From the NCBI GenBank assembly GCA_038247415.1, contig JBBRUX010000009.1, positions 1 through 64,000 of the forward strand: 64,000 bases of DNA, given 5' to 3'. Numbering within the stretch: position 1 is the stretch's first letter; every line of letters begins with the position of its first letter. Made by a program: the position numbers and the translations under genes. This DNA is from Chitinivibrionales bacterium. GTDB lineage: Bacteria > Fibrobacterota > Chitinivibrionia > Chitinivibrionales > WJKA01. Positions 18,614 through 27,225 of this stretch are shown here, piece after piece. The notes under the pieces were generated by a model. It was not told where the DNA came from and did no database searches. It was given only the letters and a program-made list of their open reading frames with translations.

Positions 18614-20206
18614 ATGAATACATCGGCAACAGGATACCTGTGTCTAGTGCTGCATGCACATTTGCCGTATGTTCGTCACCCTGAGTGCGAATATTTCATG
18701 GAGGAAAATTGGCTCTTTGAGGCAATTACCGAAACCTATATACCGCTTTTGGATGTTTTTGGCAATTTACTCAGCGATGGTGTGCCGTTTCGGATCACCA
18801 TGTCAATTACTCCCACACTCTGTTCGATGCTTGCAGACCCCTTCTTACAGCAACGTTATATTCGTCATATCGATAAGCTTATTGAGCTTGCCGAAAAGGA
18901 AGTGGATCGAACCGTACATGATGGGCAACTTAATGATAGCGCGCGTATGTATCATGAGAAGTTTCTCTTGTGTCGGCGTATTTTTGTAGATGATAATGAA
19001 TGTAATCTGATAACTGCCTTTAAAGATTTACAAAATCGCGGAGTACTAGAAATCATCACCTGCGGTGCTACTCATGGCTTTTTGCCTATTATGCAGTTTA
19101 ATCCTGTTGCTGTTAAGGCTCAAATACAAGTTGCAGTAGCATCATATCAACATTTTTTTGGTGTTGCTCCCAAGGGAATTTGGTTGCCCGAATGTGGTTA
19201 TTATCCTGGGCTAGAACAGTTTTTGCAGGAAGCTGGAATACGGTACTTTGTAACAGATACGCATGGGATTTTGTATGCCGAACCGCGGCCTAAGTATGGG
19301 ATTTTTGCTCCAGTATATTGCAGAGGAACAAGCGTTGCAGCTTTTGGACGGGATCTCGAATCGAGCAAATCGGTGTGGAGCTCAAAGTCAGGGTATCCAG
19401 GCGATCACGAATATCGCGAATTTTATCGGGATATTGGCTACGATTTGGATATCGATTATATAAAGCCTTACATCGATCCAATTGGTATTCGCATTAATAC
19501 CGGAATTAAATATTACCGCATCACTGGAAAATCGGAACATAAAGAGCCCTATAATAGGCACGCTGCGCGAGAAAAAGCTGCTCTACACGCTGGTAATTTT
19601 ATGTTTAATAGACAAAAGCAAGTAGAGTATGTGGCTTCTATTATGGATCGCAAACCAATTGTTATTGCACCCTATGATGCTGAGCTTTTTGGGCATTGGT
19701 GGTACGAAGGTCCGCAATGGCTCGATTTTCTTATTCGTAAAATTGTGTTTGATCAAAAAACCATCGCTTTGGTGACCCCATCCGATTATTTAGCCGAATA
19801 TCCACGTAATCAGCTCTGCATACCATCATTTTCGAGCTGGGGACATAAAGGATACGCAGAATATTGGCTAGAAGGTTCAAATGACTGGCTCTATAGGCAT
19901 TTGCATAAATGTGAAAATATCATGGTTGCACAAGCCCACGAGCATCAGAATGCAGACGGGGTTTTAAAGCGGGCTCTCAATCAAATGGCTCGGGAGCTTT
20001 TATTACTGCAATCCAGCGATTGGGCTTTTATTATGAAAAGCGGCACAATGGTTCAGTATGCTGTACGCCGATCTAAAGAGCACATCGCAAATATCCTTCG
20101 CCTCGATCAAGAAATTGGGCACAATGCAATCGATGAAAATTTCCTCTTAATCCTCGAAACGCATAACAATATTTTCCCCGAACTTGATTACCACGTTTAT
20201 TCTTAA
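18614..20206 (+). CDS. GH57 1,4-alpha-glucan branching enzyme (DUF1957 C-terminus)
   Basis: HAHLPYV, EAITETYIP, GIWLPECGY (nucleophile Glu), PYDAELFGHWWYEG (acid Asp) and SSDWAF motifs. Confidence 0.95.
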   Translation: MNTSATGYLCLVLHAHLPYVRHPECEYFMEENWLFEAITETYIPLLDVFGNLLSDGVPFRITMSITPTLCSMLADPFLQQRYIRHIDKLIELAEKEVDRTVHDGQLNDSARMYHEKFLLCRRIFVDDNECNLITAFKDLQNRGVLEIITCGATHGFLPIMQFNPVAVKAQIQVAVASYQHFFGVAPKGIWLPECGYYPGLEQFLQEAGIRYFVTDTHGILYAEPRPKYGIFAPVYCRGTSVAAFGRDLESSKSVWSSKSGYPGDHEYREFYRDIGYDLDIDYIKPYIDPIGIRINTGIKYYRITGKSEHKEPYNRHAAREKAALHAGNFMFNRQKQVEYVASIMDRKPIVIAPYDAELFGHWWYEGPQWLDFLIRKIVFDQKTIALVTPSDYLAEYPRNQLCIPSFSSWGHKGYAEYWLEGSNDWLYRHLHKCENIMVAQAHEHQNADGVLKRALNQMARELLLLQSSDWAFIMKSGTMVQYAVRRSKEHIANILRLDQEIGHNAIDENFLLILETHNNIFPELDYHVYS

Positions 20207-20338
20207 ATTCAAACGGATTTTGCTAGAAACTAAACTTTCGCTGGTGGACAATGTTTCAGCGATCATGTAATTTTATTGGTAGATTCTTGTTGTTTTAGCC
20301 TTTTTTTATTACATGTTTTAACTTTTTAGGATGTAATC

Positions 20339-21094
20339 ATGCATACAAAATTAAACGTTGTTGCTTTACTTATGGTCTTTAATGTTTTTGCAGGAAATAC
20401 TTCGGAAAAGGATAACTTGTTTGTACATGCTGCGCTTGGGTATGGGATAGGGATAGGGGGGTACCTTACCGAAACAGCCCTTACCCTTAATGGGACAACT
20501 ATTATTGCATCAAAAGATATTTTTCTTAATTATGGTGCAGGGCTTAAATTTAATGCTGGGGTAGATTATAAATTGTTTGATCATTTTTATGCTGTCGCTG
20601 CAATCGATTATAGCAATCATCTGCCTTCGCAGCTTGCAGAAAATCAGGCAATCATTGGCAATGCGACTGTATCAACATCTCATCAGTACGAAAATTGGCA
20701 GCTTGGGATCGGGGTTGGAATTTTGTCAAGCGCAAGGGTCTTTGATTTACTTGATGTTTATATTAGCCTCTCGCCAACATTATTCTTTACAAGCGCAACG
20801 TCAACGCAAAATCCAAGAAAAAATATAATCAAATATGATACTCCCGCCTCGTTAGGATTGATATCACTGTGTGGGGTAGTATATCCTTTGAGCGATTTTG
20901 CTTCGCTTGTATTGGAACTGGGAGCGCAAACGCAGCGCGTGAATCAAAATGGGTACACCGAATATGAATCGAATGGTACTGAAGCTAATGCCCCAATGGT
21001 ATTCGAGAATAATAACGTGTCAATGGGCTCCCGGCCAAATATTCCCGCAAATGCATTCTTAATTCGGATAGGTGCCAGAATCGGGATTTTTTAA
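20339..21094 (+). CDS. Outer-membrane beta-barrel protein
   Basis: Signal peptide, alternating beta-strands, C-terminal 'IRIGARIGIF'. Confidence 0.7.
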   Translation: MHTKLNVVALLMVFNVFAGNTSEKDNLFVHAALGYGIGIGGYLTETALTLNGTTIIASKDIFLNYGAGLKFNAGVDYKLFDHFYAVAAIDYSNHLPSQLAENQAIIGNATVSTSHQYENWQLGIGVGILSSARVFDLLDVYISLSPTLFFTSATSTQNPRKNIIKYDTPASLGLISLCGVVYPLSDFASLVLELGAQTQRVNQNGYTEYESNGTEANAPMVFENNNVSMGSRPNIPANAFLIRIGARIGIF

Positions 21095-21196
21095 GCCCTA
21101 CCCACGTGATGATTTTAATTGTCTTTGTAAGGGTTAATTTTTATACAGGTACATGCTTTTTGGTTTTGATGTGCTAATTATTTTGTAAAGGTTTAT

Positions 21197-21943
21197 ATGG
21201 GACTTCGCGAAGAATTCGAGCAACAAGGCGACTGGCTTTTTAGATGGCGAAGTTATATCCCCTTGGTTTTAATTCCCTTTGCAGCAATAGCTGTTGCATT
21301 CTTATCGACAGGCTCGATTGGCATTGTTTTATGGAACTCTTGGATATATAAGGGTGCCTGTTTTGGCATTTCTGTTGCAGGGCTAATTGTCCGATGCCTT
21401 ATCATAGGGTATGTTCCTGCTGGGACTTCGGGGCGAAATACTAAAGAGCAAAAGGCAGATTCCCTTAATACAAAGGGTATCTATTCTCTTGTGCGACATC
21501 CCTTGTATCTTGGCAATTATCTTATGTTTCTTGGAATAGTTTTGTATATACCGCTTGCTTGGTTTGCTATAATTTTTTCTCTTTTGTATTGGATTTATTA
21601 CGAACGAATAATGTTTCGTGAAGAAGAATTTATACGAGGAAAATATGGCGATACATTTGTTGCGTGGTCTAAAAAAACCCCGGCGTTTATTCCACGGTTT
21701 TCTGGATATAAAAAGCCAGCGCTTTCATTTTCTTTTGTAAATGTTCTGCGGCGAGAATACTCGGGCTTTTATGCAATGGTAACAATGTTTGTTGTTGTGC
21801 ATATGGGAATTATGTGGCGCATTACGGGTGTTTATGTCTTTGAGCGATGGTGGTTTTTAGCGTGGGTTTGTGCAACCGGTATTTATATAACGCTGAGAAC
21901 CCTTAAGAAAAAAACCCAGGTTTTACGTGTTGATGGACGCTAG
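21197..21943 (+). CDS. lmtA: Lipid A 1-phosphate methyltransferase LmtA-like (ICMT/PEMT family)
   Basis: 'EEFEQQG.WLFRWRSYIP', 'P.GTSGRNT..Q.A..LNT.G.YS.VRHPLYLGN', 'YYERIM..EE.F' and 'LRREY' match the Leptospira LmtA pattern. Confidence 0.75.
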   Translation: MGLREEFEQQGDWLFRWRSYIPLVLIPFAAIAVAFLSTGSIGIVLWNSWIYKGACFGISVAGLIVRCLIIGYVPAGTSGRNTKEQKADSLNTKGIYSLVRHPLYLGNYLMFLGIVLYIPLAWFAIIFSLLYWIYYERIMFREEEFIRGKYGDTFVAWSKKTPAFIPRFSGYKKPALSFSFVNVLRREYSGFYAMVTMFVVVHMGIMWRITGVYVFERWWFLAWVCATGIYITLRTLKKKTQVLRVDGR

Positions 21944-22001
21944 CCAAGAGTAATTTTAAACGAGATTTGCCTCATTGTAAATATCCGAACTCGATACTTT
22001 T

Positions 22002-22115
22002 TTAAAAGCTATCAAAGATTTTGTTCCAATACAAGGCTAAAATACTATTCCAGAGAGTTGCTGGCTTTGCGGTGATTCTGTTTTGTTTGGAACTAGTGAT
22101 AGTATATGCTTTCAT
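22002..22115 (-). CDS. Possible 37-aa small protein
   Basis: GGAG RBS upstream of ATG 22115: MKAYTITSSKQNRITAKPATLWNSILALYWNKIFDSF. Confidence 0.3.
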   Translation of the reverse strand: MKAYTITSSKQNRITAKPATLWNSILALYWNKIFDSF

Positions 22116-22137
22116 ACCCAATGCTCCTTCCAAAAAT

Positions 22138-22305
22138 TTATTGAGAATTATGTTGAGATATTCTTGGATGCTTAAGGCGCCAGATCTGAGCATACTGTTG
22201 AACCCACACATGCGCAGCAATTTCAATCGTGATGCTACAACCTGTCAATTGAGACAACTGTTCCCGATATTTTAGGATTTCTTCGAGCTGCAATTGGTTG
22301 TCCAT
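22138..22305 (-). CDS. 55-aa small protein, DUF4032-like; absent from the ORF track
   Basis: GGAGGT RBS; MDNQLQLEEILKYREQLSQLTGCSITIEIAAHVWVQQYAQIWRLKHPRISQHNSQ*. Confidence 0.65.
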   Translation of the reverse strand: MDNQLQLEEILKYREQLSQLTGCSITIEIAAHVWVQQYAQIWRLKHPRISQHNSQ

Positions 22306-22423
22306 ACAACACCTCCAGCATACAATTAGATTACCTGATATCTAATCTATCGGCAATCAGATTTGAATACTTAAGCGAATAAATAAAAGCTTTTTGAGCA
22401 CAATCTCATTTTAAAGCGAGGGT

Positions 22424-22828
22424 CTACAGGGGGCAATATTTGTGCACAATTGCGAGGAGATCGATTGCCGATACCGGTTTTGAAACATAATCGGTCATAC
22501 CCGTATCGAGGCATTTTTGACGATCGAGGGGCATTGCAAACGCGGTTACTGCTACAATAGGAATATGTTGGATAGCTTCCCCTAATTCACCAGATCTGAT
22601 TTTTTGGGTTGTTTCGTACCCATCTAAAAACGGCATTCCGCAATCCATAAGGATAAGTTGATAGGTGTTTGTCGCTAGCAGTGTTATTGCTTCAAAGCCA
22701 TTATTTGCAATATCTACAAGGTATCCTTTTTTGCGCAGTGTAATCGCTACATACTTCTGGTTGACGGGGTTGTCTTCCGCGAGGAGTATTTTTTTGGGCT
22801 CGGAAATGGTTTGTTCAGCGTTTTCCAT
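22424..22828 (-). CDS. Stand-alone response regulator receiver
   Basis: LLAEDN, ILMDCGMP (phospho-Asp), AVTA and SKP motifs. Confidence 0.93.
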   Translation of the reverse strand: MENAEQTISEPKKILLAEDNPVNQKYVAITLRKKGYLVDIANNGFEAITLLATNTYQLILMDCGMPFLDGYETTQKIRSGELGEAIQHIPIVAVTAFAMPLDRQKCLDTGMTDYVSKPVSAIDLLAIVHKYCPL

Positions 22829-23213
22829 GATTTTATAGAGCTCTACGATTCAAAATGGATATGATGATTTATCGTATCATAATGGGGCAGCAAAGAAAAG
22901 TCTTTTGAGGAAGTTTTAAACGGGAGTTAAAAAAGGGAGGGGGGAGTTTGGCAGGTGTGTTGTACCAATATATCCAAGAAATGAAAGAGCACGTCTTTTT
23001 GCGGTGAGAATATTTTCTGACTAAGGGAGCTGATCAGAATTATGAGCTACTGAACCAAGATTTGGTGTATAGGTTGATGCGCTGAATAATAAATTCCTTA
23101 ATTTTTTTTGATTCATGGTTTCAATGAGGGGTTATAGGGATGGGTGGTTATTTGTGTGTGGTAAAATGTTTTGGGAAAGGGTATTTTCTACTATTAATGA
23201 AGGGGATAACTTT

Positions 23214-23415
23214 ATGAAAAAAAACTTTTTCGATTTGCTGGAAGCTGCAGGCAGTCTCCCAATTGATGAAAGGGATGAACTTGCTGCATTACTTCAAAAA
23301 AGAACGATTGAGGAGCGCCGGCTATGACCTACGGATTATTTTCACATTGGTTAATCATGAAAACACTGAGGCTATCCTGTTAGAAAACATTGGAACCCAC
23401 GACGAAGTCTATTAA
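23214..23415 (+). pseudogene. Deletion-fused type II toxin-antitoxin relic (antitoxin 5' part plus RelE/YafQ-family toxin 3' part)
   Basis: 23214-23327 encodes MKKNFFDLLEAAGSLPIDERDELAALLQKRTIEERR; 23314-23415 in another frame encodes SAGYDLRIIFTLVNHENTEAILLENIGTHDEVY*. Confidence 0.8.
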
Positions 23416-23506
23416 AGCGCTTTTTTGTAATTTTCCTCTCTAATCGTAAATTCAGACATTCCTAATTCCCCAATCGAGCAGCCCCGGTAATATTTTCCAT
23501 ACATAT

Positions 23507-23942
23507 GAATCTGGGCGCCACGGATGCCACGGTCGGCACTTCTTACGTGCTCTTGCTTCGCAAACCGGTCTGTCAATCCCTGCGGTGCTCTGCACCTGGG
23601 TCTCTCCAGACTGCGGGACTCGCTCTGTTCATCCTTCACATCCCAGTTCTGACTAGCGCAAAAGTCAAGGGTATGAACTGTGATTTACAGGGTTTACGTG
23701 ATAGGGATGATTTTCTTCTGACTTTATCATGGTAATCGCACAATCCTTTTAATCGTGAGCCGCTTCGGGATACACCCCTTCGGGTGTTCCGCGGCGGCTC
23801 ACGACGGGGCGTCCGCCATCTCTCATGTCAAGCGCATTGGCCAGAGCCTGTAAAAGAAGCCGCATCGGAAAATACGCCAAGGGTACTTCCTTTGGGCGCC
23901 ACAAGGGGTGGGGGCGACGGGGAACCCGGAATGCCCAGATTC
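23507..23942. repeat. GC-rich, hairpin-rich non-coding element with inverted ends (MITE/REP-like or ncRNA)
   Basis: GAATCTGGGC at 23507 and GCCCAGATTC ending 23942; long hairpin at 23753-23804; several smaller stems. Confidence 0.5.
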
Positions 23943-24002
23943 TTATCTTTCCTTAGTGATCAAGGTAAATCCGATACACCCAAAATCTCATCTTAATTGA
24001 CT

Positions 24003-24022
24003 TGAGGGCCAAACGGCCCTCA
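24003..24022. terminator. Hairpin downstream of the lipoprotein pair
   Basis: TGAGGGCC-AAAC-GGCCCTCA, with no clear U-tract. Confidence 0.4.
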
Positions 24023-24039
24023 TTGATGGTACGGCTTAG

Positions 24040-24885
24040 CTATTTTTTATTTGATGTTAGAAATTCCGCCCACCAAGTTGGGCGTGTAGCATTAGGACAA
24101 GATTCGGTACTAGGAGGAGCTTTATAATAGATATAGGCAGCATGGGCAGCATTCGAGGACGAATAGTGTACATTTTGGTCACCATCGCCATAAATGGTAA
24201 CCTTTTCGCCGCCTGATAGAGTACTGTTTATGGTGATGAGACAATGGCTGAGACTATCTACAGTAAGTGAATATTGGGTGGTATCAGTCACTCCTTCGGC
24301 TGCGAGTGAAGGCAAATAGGAGTCGGTAAAAAAGGTTGAAACAAATTCCTGAATTGATCCGCCCGAAACAGACCAATAGTAACCCCTCATGCTGCTGGAC
24401 CAGAATGTATGCAGTGCAATAAGCCCAATTTGTGTTTGCAAAGAAAGTGGCTCTGTTGCGGCTACTAAAAGCGAATCGTAGCGCCAGACTCCATTGAGAC
24501 TCATTCCAGTGCCAGCATCACGTTTTAAAACAACGTAAACTGTACCCTCCGCAGTTTTTGTTCCCGCGGTAGAAAGAAGCAGCGAATCAGATCTGACTTC
24601 ATAATTAAAAGTATCTGTTTTGGCAGCGGTTGTATCAAATCTGCTAGAATATGTTGTTGTGCTATTGGTAATGTTGCAGCTGGAAGCACGAGCAATTTTT
24701 TGCGCCCACCCAAAGAGAATGGTATCTGAGCCTTGGGTAATGACGCTCCCGCTTCTGTTAAGAGCTTGGTCGCAACTATAGAGCGGCGATATTTCACCTT
24801 GCGAAGAGGGATTGCTGCACATGGCTAGCGCTATCCCAATTGAAACGATTGCTGTTCCGAAAAGTAACTTGATTTTGATATTCAT
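24040..24885 (-). CDS. Hypothetical lipoprotein
   Basis: AGGAG RBS, lipobox-like LAMC, S/T-rich beta content. Confidence 0.75.
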   Translation of the reverse strand: MNIKIKLLFGTAIVSIGIALAMCSNPSSQGEISPLYSCDQALNRSGSVITQGSDTILFGWAQKIARASSCNITNSTTTYSSRFDTTAAKTDTFNYEVRSDSLLLSTAGTKTAEGTVYVVLKRDAGTGMSLNGVWRYDSLLVAATEPLSLQTQIGLIALHTFWSSSMRGYYWSVSGGSIQEFVSTFFTDSYLPSLAAEGVTDTTQYSLTVDSLSHCLITINSTLSGGEKVTIYGDGDQNVHYSSSNAAHAAYIYYKAPPSTESCPNATRPTWWAEFLTSNKK

Positions 24886-24926
24886 TGTTAATCTCCTTGA
24901 GAGTGCTCATAAGAGCACCTTTTTGG

Positions 24927-26123
24927 TTAGGGTCTTGTATAACTGATAACTGTTGACGTTGACAAAAAGGTATCTGTGGTCACAGTAAAATCGAATGGCT
25001 TTTCGGTTTTTGTAATAGTTTTTTCTGATGATTTAAGCGCAATACCATGAAAATCGGAAAAAGATTGCGTTTGCTCAATTGTACTGGTGGCCAATTCTGC
25101 GGTATCCCCTTGGGCTGCTATAAGCGAATCCCCAAACCTTACCGGTGCATCAAACTTCATGAGCGCCAAATAATTTGTTGCCGTATTAATAGTAAAGCAA
25201 GGTCTTTGTGTTGACTCAAAGAGTATGCTTTGCTTTTGGGCCATGGTCGCATTACTAGTAATAGTAAGTGCAGTGGTTAAATGGAGTGTGATTCCATTGA
25301 GAACCGGAGCACCTGAAATCGATTTTTGAGTATTTACAACACTCCAGTTTGTTTGGGACTTTAAAGGTAGCTTATATGCTAGGGTTCGAAGGGAATCTGG
25401 CCATTCTGGTGCTGCGGTAATATATTCTATACTTGTTGCTGTTTGCATGATGAGAAACGTATTTTTTGCAACTGCTCTCTTGTCGCTGATATTCGTATCG
25501 GACATGGCAACGAGCCAATAGTTTTGACCGAGATAGGGAAATTCATCCATCATTGTAAATAAAATCCGATGAATGCTCGAAGAATGCGTTGCGATTGTTG
25601 AATCTTTTGTAGTTGTGCTTAATAATGATGCTGTTGAATCTATTTTTTCAACAACCCAAGAAAGCCCTTTAGTAAATTTTTTAACTCCCCCTAAGCGCGT
25701 GCTATCATTTATTTGAATAGGGTAATGCAAGTTCAATGTGTCAATTGAATCAACTCCTGATATAGATATTTTTATCGTGTACAGGGAATCGAAAAGAAGG
25801 CTGTCACCTACGAGATTCAGTGAAACAAATGATGTGTCGTGACTATGGGTTACGATATAGGTGGAAGCAGGAATACCGGAGAGTGCAATTGAAACCGAAT
25901 CGCCATCCGAATCACCTGCGCTAATCTGAAATGATGCGGTCGAACCGTAGTACAAAACAGATGCCAGCCCATTTGGAGAAACTTGTTTAGTCCAAATTGT
26001 ATTTACCGTATCGCGTTCAGCGGGCGTGGTATAAGGATTTTGGGGATTAGTACATCCAGATTCTAAAAGAAAACAAATTCCAAATCCCATACAGGTAACA
26101 ATCAATGCCGTAAGCTTCTTCAT
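24927..26123 (-). CDS. Hypothetical lipoprotein with an Ig/cadherin-like segment
   Basis: Lipobox SGC; 'FQISAGDSDGDSVSI' Ig-like motif. Confidence 0.75.
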   Translation of the reverse strand: MKKLTALIVTCMGFGICFLLESGCTNPQNPYTTPAERDTVNTIWTKQVSPNGLASVLYYGSTASFQISAGDSDGDSVSIALSGIPASTYIVTHSHDTSFVSLNLVGDSLLFDSLYTIKISISGVDSIDTLNLHYPIQINDSTRLGGVKKFTKGLSWVVEKIDSTASLLSTTTKDSTIATHSSSIHRILFTMMDEFPYLGQNYWLVAMSDTNISDKRAVAKNTFLIMQTATSIEYITAAPEWPDSLRTLAYKLPLKSQTNWSVVNTQKSISGAPVLNGITLHLTTALTITSNATMAQKQSILFESTQRPCFTINTATNYLALMKFDAPVRFGDSLIAAQGDTAELATSTIEQTQSFSDFHGIALKSSEKTITKTEKPFDFTVTTDTFLSTSTVISYTRP

Positions 26124-26177
26124 GCGTCTACACCTTTCTTTAAATTATCGGTAAACAGACTCTTTGATCTAATGTAT

Positions 26178-26290
26178 ATCAAATTTCATACCAAGAAATA
26201 AAGGCCTAGCTATAAATAGTAGCATACCATTATAGCAGTATGAGTATCAGAAGTGATAATAGAATCTGGTGAAAGTGTCGAATGTGATAC
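26178..26290 (-). promoter_or_regulatory. Possible sigma54 promoter with two upstream palindromic activator sites
   Basis: Minus strand TGGTATGAAATTTGAT (GG-N10-GA); GTATCA-N4-TGATAA at 26244 and GTGTCG-N4-TGATAC at 26275. Confidence 0.35.
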
Positions 26291-26333
26291 TGTATGATCC
26301 AATATCACTCGACAAATGGCGGGGTGCAGTAAA

Positions 26334-26576
26334 TTAGGTCGCTTTTGGTTTTTTCTTTGCAGGAAAAAATGAGGTTTTTACCCATGTCCAATTGAGCCAG
26401 ATATGAATTATGACCGCAACCGTAAGTACGATACCGGCCATAGGGTGGACGATTTGGAACATTTCGTAGGGAATTGCATCGGGGAAGAAATTCTTAATTA
26501 AGCCGCCCGAAGCACTCATTAAAAAGGCAACCCCAAGGATTGGATTAATAATCATGAGCCCGGTCTTTTTTGTCAT
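26334..26576 (-). CDS. DUF4405 small membrane protein
   Basis: Two TMs with 'H...G......HIWLNW.W'; GGAGG RBS. Confidence 0.8.
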   Translation of the reverse strand: MTKKTGLMIINPILGVAFLMSASGGLIKNFFPDAIPYEMFQIVHPMAGIVLTVAVIIHIWLNWTWVKTSFFPAKKKPKAT

Positions 26577-26669
26577 ACGTGCCTCCAGAAAAATGTTACT
26601 AGAAAATAGAATAAATACTCTTAAGATACAAACCGTAGTAATTATAAACTATGAAATAAGGAGTTTAGT

Positions 26670-27143
26670 TTGGTAACACTAGGAAAAAAAGTGCCCGACT
26701 TTCAATTGAAAGATGGCAATGGGTATGAACATACTCTAAAACACTATGCAGGCAAATGGGTTGTGCTGTATTTTTATCCCAAAGATAATACCCCTGGGTG
26801 CACAACAGAGGCGATTCAATTTACCGCATTAGAAAAAGATTTTTTAAAAGTTCATGCGAAAGTTTTTGGAATTAGCAAGGATTCCTGCGAGAGCCATAAA
26901 AAATTTACAAACGATCATTCTCTCAAGGTAGATCTTCTTGCCGACCCCGATGGAGTGATTGTAGAAGAATATGGAGCGTGGGGAGAAAAGAATTTATACG
27001 GAAAAAAAAGTATGGGAATTGTGCGGATAACGGCAATTATCGCACCGGATCAAAGCTTGGCGTATGTTTTTTATAAGGTTAAAGCGGATGGCCATGCAGC
27101 TGAAGTTCTTGAAAAAATAAATGAATTAAAAGGTGCTGCATAA
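26670..27143 (+). CDS. bcp: Thioredoxin-dependent peroxiredoxin Bcp/PrxQ
   Basis: YFYPKDNTPGCTTEA motif; AGGAG RBS before a TTG start. Confidence 0.95.
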   Translation: MVTLGKKVPDFQLKDGNGYEHTLKHYAGKWVVLYFYPKDNTPGCTTEAIQFTALEKDFLKVHAKVFGISKDSCESHKKFTNDHSLKVDLLADPDGVIVEEYGAWGEKNLYGKKSMGIVRITAIIAPDQSLAYVFYKVKADGHAAEVLEKINELKGAA

Positions 27144-27167
27144 AACTTAAGTAACGAAAAGGAGAAT

Positions 27168-27203
27168 AAAAAAAGGCCTGGCTTTTATCAAGCCAGGCCT
27201 TTT
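27168..27203. terminator. Bidirectional intrinsic terminator between convergent genes
   Basis: AAAAAAAGGCCTGGCTT-TTATC-AAGCCAGGCCTTTT. Confidence 0.85.
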
Positions 27204-27225
27204 CCTTTATAATCAAGAGGAATTC

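Noticed and set aside
23507..23942. Known RNA identity (tmRNA, RNase P, SRP, cobalamin riboswitch, group II intron end)
   Set aside because: I could not find their hallmark motifs on either strand.
23412..23996. Three short ORFs (75, 76 and 70 aa) in the GC-rich element
   Set aside because: No recognisable protein features; better explained by stop-poor palindromic DNA.
23214..26123. Integron cassette array (TA module plus lipoproteins separated by hairpins)
   Set aside because: No paired RYYYAAC/GTTRRRY attC boxes seen and no integrase present.
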